Assembly (NCBI GenBank): GCA_029262755.1 | Contig: JAJCYU010000010.1 | Span: 1 to 35,488 of the forward strand | Length of the DNA stretch: 35,488 nucleotides | Source of the DNA: Anaerolineae bacterium | GTDB lineage: Bacteria; Chloroflexota; Anaerolineae; Epilineales; Epilineaceae | Reading direction: 5' to 3' | Shown here: positions 19,070 through 25,671 of the stretch, piece after piece | Numbering within the stretch: position 1 is the stretch's first letter | Layout: each line of letters starts with the position of its first letter | Notes under the pieces: model-generated | Database searches by the model: none | The model's input: only the letters and a program-made list of their open reading frames with translations | Told to the model about the DNA's origin: nothing | Made by a program: the position numbers and the translations under genes

Positions 19070-20759
19070 GCTTGATCGCCTGCTCGACGAGGGCGACGAT
19101 CTCCGACTCCATGCGCTCCGCGGTCGCTAGGATCGCGTGTCCTTCCGCGAGCGCGTTCTCCGCCCAGGTGCGATCGCGTAGGCCCGGCGTGTTGATCTGG
19201 ACGTTGAGCCACGCTCCGCGTACCGCGGTACGTGCGCAGAGCGCGCCGACACCCGCATCCGATAGCGACGATGGAAGCCCGCTGCGCGCCATGGCGTCCG
19301 CGACGTCCATCGAGGCGAGGGCTTCGCGCATGACTGCCAGCGGCACTTCCGTGGCGCCCTTGATACCGGCTTCGATCGCAAGGCTTCGCGCTTCCTGTTC
19401 GGCGTCGGTTCCCTTAGGTAGGCGATAGGCGGCCATCAGGGTGTCGAAGGAGCGCGTGTCCTCATCGACGAGTCGCAGCAGCGTCGTCGCGTGTCCCATG
19501 CCCCGTTCGGCCCATTCAGAATACGTCTGCCACAGCTCGTCCCAGCCCCGCTTGTGTGCGGAGAGGTTGGCAACCATCGTGGCCATCGCGGCGCCGAATG
19601 CACCCACGGCGGCCGCGACGGAACCGCCACCTGGAGTGGGCGTCTCGCCCGCCGCCGTGGTGGTGAAGTCCGCGACGCTCAAATCGATCAACCGGCTCAT
19701 GGCAGGGTCGCGCAGCCGCCACTCGATAATGCGCTCGGCCGGGTCGAAGGGCGCAAGCTCGTCCAAGCCCATCGAGCGGACCGCGATGCGCACCAATTCC
19801 TCATCAGGCACACCGAGACTGCGCTCCTGGCGCGTGAGGAAGTAGCGACCGGCCTCCACCATTGCGGCGAGGGGCACCATGCCGACCAGTTCCGAGCCCG
19901 TGACCCGCATACCCCGGGCCGCGGCGCGCTCCCTGCCTGCTTCAAAGGCCTCATGGAGGGGCGTGCGCTGCAAATCCGTCAGGTTCAACGACACCTGGGC
20001 GATCCCGTATTCCTCGATGAACCACCCAATGCCCTTGACACCTTGTAGCAGGCCGGCCTCGCGCACGGCCTCACCCGCAGTATCGCGCACGATGTCGCCG
20101 GATGCGCCATTCGTGCGCACAACCCGCCCGGCTTCGCGCAAGTCGAAGGCGACGGCGTTGGCACGGCGTGTGGAGGTCGTGTTGAGGTTGAGGTTGTACG
20201 CGACCAAGAACGGTCGTGCTCCGATCACGGTCGCGCCTGCTGTTGGGTGCGGACGGGCGGGGCCGAAGTCGGGGAGCCACTCGGGATCAGCGAGCTTGTC
20301 GGCCAGCCCCTCGAACTCGCCTGCGCGGATCACGGACAGATTGCGTCGCTTGGGCTGGGTCGCAGCCTCTTCGTAGAGGAAGACCGGGATCTCGAGCTCC
20401 TGTCCGACACGCTCCCCGAGTCGGTGAGCCAGCTGGGCGACTTCCGCCATCGTGATGCCGCGAATCGGGACGAGCGGGCAGACATCCGTAGCACCCATGC
20501 GCGGGTGCTCGCCCGCGTGCCGGCGCATATCGATGGTGCGGCTCGCCTCCGCAATGCCCTGAAACGCGGCTTCCACGATGGCTTCCGGCGCGCCGACGAT
20601 CGTCACCACGGTGCGGTGGGTCGCGCGCCCCGGATCGACATTGAGCAGCGTAATGCCGTCGACGGCGGCCATGGCCGAGGTGATACGGCTGATGGCCGCG
20701 GCATCGCGGCCCTCGCTGAAATTGGGCACGCATTCCACAAGAGCGTGGTTTTGGGGCAT
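19059..20759 (-). CDS. ftcD: Bifunctional glutamate formimidoyltransferase / formimidoyltetrahydrofolate cyclodeaminase
   Basis: N-terminal LVECVPNFSEGR, HRTV.T, IDMRRHAGEHPRMGATDVCPLVP, GARPFLVAYN. C-terminal cyclodeaminase domain with PTPGGGSVAA, LVDEDT, SDAGVGA, NVQIN. GGAG upstream of ATG 20759. Confidence 0.93.
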   Translation of the reverse strand: MPQNHALVECVPNFSEGRDAAAISRITSAMAAVDGITLLNVDPGRATHRTVVTIVGAPEAIVEAAFQGIAEASRTIDMRRHAGEHPRMGATDVCPLVPIRGITMAEVAQLAHRLGERVGQELEIPVFLYEEAATQPKRRNLSVIRAGEFEGLADKLADPEWLPDFGPARPHPTAGATVIGARPFLVAYNLNLNTTSTRRANAVAFDLREAGRVVRTNGASGDIVRDTAGEAVREAGLLQGVKGIGWFIEEYGIAQVSLNLTDLQRTPLHEAFEAGRERAAARGMRVTGSELVGMVPLAAMVEAGRYFLTRQERSLGVPDEELVRIAVRSMGLDELAPFDPAERIIEWRLRDPAMSRLIDLSVADFTTTAAGETPTPGGGSVAAAVGAFGAAMATMVANLSAHKRGWDELWQTYSEWAERGMGHATTLLRLVDEDTRSFDTLMAAYRLPKGTDAEQEARSLAIEAGIKGATEVPLAVMREALASMDVADAMARSGLPSSLSDAGVGALCARTAVRGAWLNVQINTPGLRDRTWAENALAEGHAILATAERMESEIVALVEQAIKREG

Positions 20760-20941
20760 GAAGGGGGGCTCCACGGGGGATACGAATAACACGGTTCGAT
20801 CGCGCGAATGCTAGGCAGCCGGCGTACGACGGGCAAGGTTCCCACTGCGTGATGATCCGTGCCGCCGCTACAATCTCCCGCGGACCCGTCTGATTGGACC
20901 AACACCTATTGCGCAGACACGTACTCAGGGAGTCGAACCTC

Positions 20942-21586
20942 ATGCGAAGACAGTGGATGATATTCGGGCTCGCGGCGCTACTCGGCGCCTGCGGTAGCCC
21001 CCAGGCCCCGGAGTCGGCGAACGCGCCCGACCCCGTGGTTGTGGAAGAAGCCGCGGAAGCGGCCGACGGCATGGCGGAGATGGCCGTTGACGCAGCTGCG
21101 GAAGCGGCGGATGCAGCGGAAGCCGCCGGCGAAGCCGCTGCCGACGCAGCGGACGCGGCAGCGGCTGCCGTAGACGCAGCAGAGGACGCGGACGACGCAG
21201 CGGAGGCCGCGGCCGACGACGCGGACGGCGAAGACGGCATGGCCTCGGAGTCCGATGCGGCTCCGATGGGCTTTACTGCCACCGATCCTTCGACCGTCGT
21301 TCTGGCATCGGGCGGCCCGCAGTTTGTGAAGTTCTACGCCGAGTGGTGACCGACCTGCAACGCAATGCTGCCCGTCGTGCACGGGCTTGAAGAGCAGTTC
21401 GGCGACCAGATCCAGTTTACGTACATCGATATCGATGATCCGGCGAGCGCTGAGATCAAGAGCGCGCTTGGGTACGCCCATCAGCCCGAGTACTACTTGC
21501 TCGATGGGGAGGGCAACCAAGTAGGGGATTGGTCCGGTTTCGTCCAGGAAGACGTCCTGGCCGCGGCCTTCAACAGCGTGCAGTAA
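20942..21586 (+). CDS. Selenocysteine-containing thioredoxin-fold lipoprotein (UxxC; in-frame TGA at 21347-21349 read as Sec), ~214 aa
   Basis: ORFs 20894-21349 and 21365-21586 are in the same frame and are joined by TGA CCG ACC TGC AAC GCA, giving PQFVKFYAEW-U-PTC-NAMLPVVHGLEEQFGDQIQFTYIDID...QPEYYLLDGEG, a Trx fold with Sec at the nucleophilic Cys position. Lipobox LLGAC. AGGGAG RBS before ATG 20942. Confidence 0.85.
21350..21402 (+). promoter_or_regulatory. Putative bacterial SECIS element
   Basis: Immediately 3' of the UGA: lower stem CCGACCTGC (21350-21358)/GCAGTTCGG (21394-21402) with one mismatch, and apical stem GCCCGT (21370-21375)/ACGGGC (21381-21386) with loop CGTGC. The loop has G at its second position and lies 26 nt from the UGA. 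Confidence 0.7.
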
Positions 21587-21620
21587 GTCCCGCGATTGTT
21601 CGGGGCACGGGTCCGAATCA

Positions 21621-21666
21621 GCAAACGGGGGGTCGCTTCGGCGGCCCCTCGTTTGCGTTCGTTTTC
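21621..21666 (+). terminator. Intrinsic terminator after the selenoprotein gene, probably shared with the convergent MFS gene
   Basis: GCAAACGGGGGGTCGC-TTCG-GCGGCCCCTCGTTTGC (16-bp stem with G-U pairs, UUCG loop) followed by GTTCGTTTT. Confidence 0.75.
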
Positions 21667-21714
21667 CGGGCCGCGCGCGACGGCCGAATTGGTGAGATTG
21701 TTGACGGTCGAGCC

Positions 21715-23148
21715 CTAACCGGCAGAGCTCGCTGCCAGGAATCGTGCGTCCTCCTCCCGCGCCACCCGCTGACCCTCTTCGATATCAACCCGGCTAAGCA
21801 CGGCCATGCCGCCCAGGAAGAACACGATGAGCGCAAAGATCGCGTTGCGGGGGTCGCCCGTCGTTTGGCGCACGAATGCGAACACAAGCGGGCCGAGGAT
21901 GCCTGCGAACTTCGCACTGACGCTAAAGAATCCGAAGAACTCCGACGAGCGCGCGGCGGGGGCCATCGAGGAGAACACGGAGCGGCTGATCGCCTGCGTG
22001 CCGCCTTGGACGGTGGCGATCAAGAAGGCCATCACCCAAAACTGCCAGGCGTACTGAAGGAAGTACGCGCCGACGGAGATCGCGGCGTAGACGCTTAGCC
22101 CGAGGTAGAGTGAACGCTTCGCACCGATCCGTTGAGCGAGCAAGCCGAAGGCGAACGCAAAGGGGATACCCGCGAATTGGGTAAGGACCAGCGCGCCGAT
22201 CAGGTCACCCTGGCCAAGTCCGAGCGAGCGGCCGTAGATCGTCGCCATCTTGACGATCGTGCCGATCCCGTCCGCGTAGAGCCAGAACGCGGCCAAGAAG
22301 AGCAGCAGCTGGCGGTACTCCTTCAACGTGCGAAAGGTATCCGCAAGCCTTGTGAACCCGGCGGTGAGCGGGTTGGGCCGCGCCGCGTGATTGGAAGGGA
22401 CTTCGTCGGCCTCTAGGGCGCGCGGTGGTTCCGGCACGAGGCGGAACAACGGCAGCGAGAACAGCGCCCACCACACCGCAACCGATACAAGCGCCCACTG
22501 TGTCGCGCTCGTCTGGCTCGCGAAACCGAAGCGCTCGGGCGCGAGAATCCACCCTAGGTTCAGCAAGAGCAGAAGTCCGCCGCCCATGTAGCCCAGCGCG
22601 TAGCCGGAGGACGAGAGTTGGTCCGCGCGATCCTTCGCAGTCACGTGCGGCAAGAGCGCATCGTAGAAGACGTTGGCTCCCGCGAAGCCGACGAACGCCA
22701 CGATGAAGGCAGCGGACGCGAACAGCCAATCGCCGCGCTCAACCATGAACAAGGACGCGGTAGCGATCACGCCGAGCACGACGAAGAAGCCGAGAAAGCG
22801 CTTCTTGGCGCCCATGAAGTCGGCTACGGCCCCCAAGATCGGCGCAAGAATCGCCACGATCGCGAGGCCGATGGACTGGGTGTAGGACCAGTACAGGTCG
22901 GCGTTGTTGACGCCCGCGCCATCCAGGAGGTTCACTCCGGCGAAATCACGGTAGAAGATGGGGAATACCGCGGCCAGAATGACCGTCGCGAACGCGGAGT
23001 TCGCCCAGTCATATGCGGCCCATGCACGGGCTTGGCGCGAGCCGAGGCCCAGCGTGTCGAGCAACGAGGCGCCGCGCGATTGCATCGCATCGGCAGCGGC
23101 CTCCTTGTCCGGGCTCGTTTCCGTCGGTGTTGGTTGGGGCGGGGACAT
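21715..23148 (-). CDS. MFS transporter, UMF1/Atg22-like family
   Basis: AWAAYDWANSAF, APILGAVAD, NVFYDALLP, SSSGYALGYMGG, DGIGTI, QGGTQAISRS.F...P..RSSEFFGFF; about 12 TM segments. AAGGA RBS before ATG 23148. Confidence 0.9.
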   Translation of the reverse strand: MSPPQPTPTETSPDKEAAADAMQSRGASLLDTLGLGSRQARAWAAYDWANSAFATVILAAVFPIFYRDFAGVNLLDGAGVNNADLYWSYTQSIGLAIVAILAPILGAVADFMGAKKRFLGFFVVLGVIATASLFMVERGDWLFASAAFIVAFVGFAGANVFYDALLPHVTAKDRADQLSSSGYALGYMGGGLLLLLNLGWILAPERFGFASQTSATQWALVSVAVWWALFSLPLFRLVPEPPRALEADEVPSNHAARPNPLTAGFTRLADTFRTLKEYRQLLLFLAAFWLYADGIGTIVKMATIYGRSLGLGQGDLIGALVLTQFAGIPFAFAFGLLAQRIGAKRSLYLGLSVYAAISVGAYFLQYAWQFWVMAFLIATVQGGTQAISRSVFSSMAPAARSSEFFGFFSVSAKFAGILGPLVFAFVRQTTGDPRNAIFALIVFFLGGMAVLSRVDIEEGQRVAREEDARFLAASSAG

Positions 23149-23331
23149 CGGCTTTTCCTTGCGGGATGTGCGGCTTTCAACCATCGTGGAGAATGCTTGC
23201 TCCTCGTCTACCGCGCCAGAGACCGCGTAGCACGGTGCTGCCGGAGACGAAGGCGGTACCGGTTGGGGGGCCGGCGCATCACGTCGCTCAAACCTTCCCC
23301 GTAGCCGCGTCCGTATGACGATGAGGTTCCC

Positions 23332-24282
23332 ATGGCCAAGCCCCACCGGTCGAACGAAACTGCCGCTCTGCACGTGCTCGGCATCGCCCAGGACGCCGGT
23401 GTGCCGCACATCGGCTGCGACGGACCGTGTTGTGCGGAGGCTTGGACGGACCCCGCACTCCACCGACGTGCCGCCTGCGCAGCGATCGTGATCCGGGATT
23501 CCGGAAATGGCTTGGTCCTGCGACGATGGCTGATCGATGCGACACCGGACATTCGCTGGCAGTTGCGCGCCCTTGACCTTGCGGCGCCCGCGAATCCGGA
23601 CATGCCCGGGCCGGGACTAGACGGCATCTTGCTCACACACGCTCACCTGGGCCACGTGGGCGGTCTTGGCCAGCTCGGACGCGAAGCCCTCGGCGCAAGC
23701 GCAGTGCCGGTGTTCGCGATGCCCCGCCTTTTCGAAGCACTGCGCTCGAACGCTCCTTGGTCGCGCCTGCTCGAGGACGGCCGCATCGTCCTGGAACCGC
23801 TCTACGCGGGCAGGGCGGTCCAGCTTTCGGACTCGGTGCGGTTGACACCGGTTCCCGTGCTCCACCGTACCGCGCTTTCCGAGACGGTTGCCTTCTGCGT
23901 GGAAGGGGATCAGGCGCAGGTATTGTGGCTTCCCGATGTGGATCGATGGGAGCCGGCGCCAGGGGCCGATGGCTCAGGCGCGGCGCCGGCAACGGTATTC
24001 GACCTGAGCGCATGGACGGAAACCGTCGACCGCGCCTATGTCGATGGCTCCTTCTTCGATGAGCAAGAGCTGCCCGGCCGCGATCGGGCGACGGTTCCGC
24101 ACCCCACGATGCGGGATACGCTCGCGCTCGCGTCCGCGTGGCCCTCCCAGAGGCGACGCCGCCTCCGCTTCATCCACCTCAACCACACCAATCCCGCGCT
24201 CCGACCGGAGTCCGAGGCCCGGGCCGAGCTTCGAGCGGCCGGCGTCGACGTCGCCGACGAGGGGGAGGTCATGCCGTTGTAG
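23332..24282 (+). CDS. MBL-fold metallo-hydrolase, PqqB-like
   Basis: VLGIAQDAGVPHIGC..PCC, LIDATPDIRWQL, ILLTHAHLGHVGGL, VDGSFF...ELPGRD...VPHP, FIHLNHTNP. Confidence 0.85.
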   Translation: MAKPHRSNETAALHVLGIAQDAGVPHIGCDGPCCAEAWTDPALHRRAACAAIVIRDSGNGLVLRRWLIDATPDIRWQLRALDLAAPANPDMPGPGLDGILLTHAHLGHVGGLGQLGREALGASAVPVFAMPRLFEALRSNAPWSRLLEDGRIVLEPLYAGRAVQLSDSVRLTPVPVLHRTALSETVAFCVEGDQAQVLWLPDVDRWEPAPGADGSGAAPATVFDLSAWTETVDRAYVDGSFFDEQELPGRDRATVPHPTMRDTLALASAWPSQRRRRLRFIHLNHTNPALRPESEARAELRAAGVDVADEGEVMPL

Positions 24283-24401
24283 CCGGACGCTTGAACCGGC
24301 TTGCAGCCGGCCGGCGCGTGCAGCCGTTCAACCGTTGACCGTACCGGGCATCGGTCCTATCCTCGGCGCTCCCGAAGCATTCGAACGTCAGGAGCGCGCA
24401 C

Positions 24402-25385
24402 GTGACCACCCCGATCCGAGTCGCTGTCACCGGAGCGGCAGGCAATATCGGCTACGCCATGCTGTTTCGCATCGCGAACGGCGATCTCTTCGGGCCGGAT
24501 CAACCGGTCAGCCTACAGCTCATCGAGATTCCGCCGGCGTTGCCCGCCTTGGAAGGGGTGGCGATGGAGCTCGACGACTGTGCCTTTCCCCTGCTCGACG
24601 AGGTCGTGCTGACCGACGACGCGAACCGCGGTTTCAAAGACGCCAATTGGTGCCTGCTCGTGGGGGCTCGTCCGCGTGGCAAGGGCATGCTTCGAAAAGA
24701 TCTCTTGCAGGCCAACGGCCCGATCTTCACCGGGCAGGGTCGCGCGATCAACGATCATGCGGCCGACGACGTGCGCGTGGTGGTCGTGGGCAACCCGGCC
24801 AACACCAACTGCTTGATCGCGATGAACAACGCGCCGGACGTGCCGGATGAGCGCTTCACGGCCATGACCCGGCTCGATCACAACCGTGCAAGCAGCCAGT
24901 TGGCGCGCAAGGCCGGGGTGCCGGTTTCTTCCGTTCGGCGCGTGACGATCTGGGGCAATCACAGCTCCACCCAATATCCGGACGCTTCCCATGCCCTGCT
25001 CGGCGACAAACCAGCACCGGAGGTCATCAACGACGAGTCATGGATGCGCGAGACCTTCATCCCCACGGTGCAGGAGCGCGGCGCGGCCATCATCCAGGCG
25101 CGTGGTCAGTCCAGCGCGGCGAGCGCGGCCAATGCCTGCATCGATCATGTCCGCTCGTGGCATCACGGCACTGCGGAAGGGGATTGGACGAGCATGGCGA
25201 TTCCCAGCACCGGCGACTACGACACGCCTACCGGCGTGATCTTCAGCTACCCGGTGGTCGTGGCCGATGGACGCTACGAGGTCGTGCGTGGGCTTAGCCT
25301 TTCCGACTTTGATCGGGAACGCATCGCCGCGACGGGCACGGAACTGAGCGAGGAACGCAGCGCGGTGGAAGACCTGCTCGGTTGA
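24402..25385 (+). CDS. mdh: Malate dehydrogenase (dimeric type-2 MDH)
   Basis: [83 protein letters not shown] start after AGGAG. Confidence 0.96.
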   Translation: MTTPIRVAVTGAAGNIGYAMLFRIANGDLFGPDQPVSLQLIEIPPALPALEGVAMELDDCAFPLLDEVVLTDDANRGFKDANWCLLVGARPRGKGMLRKDLLQANGPIFTGQGRAINDHAADDVRVVVVGNPANTNCLIAMNNAPDVPDERFTAMTRLDHNRASSQLARKAGVPVSSVRRVTIWGNHSSTQYPDASHALLGDKPAPEVINDESWMRETFIPTVQERGAAIIQARGQSSAASAANACIDHVRSWHHGTAEGDWTSMAIPSTGDYDTPTGVIFSYPVVVADGRYEVVRGLSLSDFDRERIAATGTELSEERSAVEDLLG

Positions 25386-25519
25386 TCCGTTGACGTCGGG
25401 GGCGATGGCTACCTATGCCACGCGTCGAATTCTCGATTCGGCCGAAGCACCGGCTCCAGCCTTCGTGATGACCCGACTCGACATAAGACTGCGTCAACGA
25501 CAAGAAACGTACAGTACAA

Positions 25520-25561
25520 GAGAGCGGGCGCCCCATCGGGCGCCCGCTCTCCTGTCGTTTT
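25520..25561 (+). terminator. Intrinsic terminator downstream of mdh
   Basis: Perfect 14-bp stem GAGAGCGGGCGCCC-CATC-GGGCGCCCGCTCTC followed by CTGTCGTTTT. Confidence 0.8.
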
Positions 25562-25671
25562 AGCAATCGTTCGGTACGCGGCTGACTTCATCAGACCGAG
25601 CGGTACGATCCAAGATCGGTGTGACCGCGCGTGTTAGGGAATTAACGAGCCCTTATCGCGACTTCGGATGT

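Noticed and set aside
20894..21586. Two separate small genes or a nonsense pseudogene (20894-21349 and 21365-21586)
   Set aside because: The TGA sits exactly at the catalytic Cys position and is followed by a SECIS-like hairpin, so Sec read-through is the simpler explanation. A pseudogene cannot be excluded without the rest of the genome.
25476..25503. dif-like site (ACTCGACATAA resembles a XerD arm)
   Set aside because: The second arm, 6 bp away, lacks the TTAT/ATAA core, so only a half-site is present.
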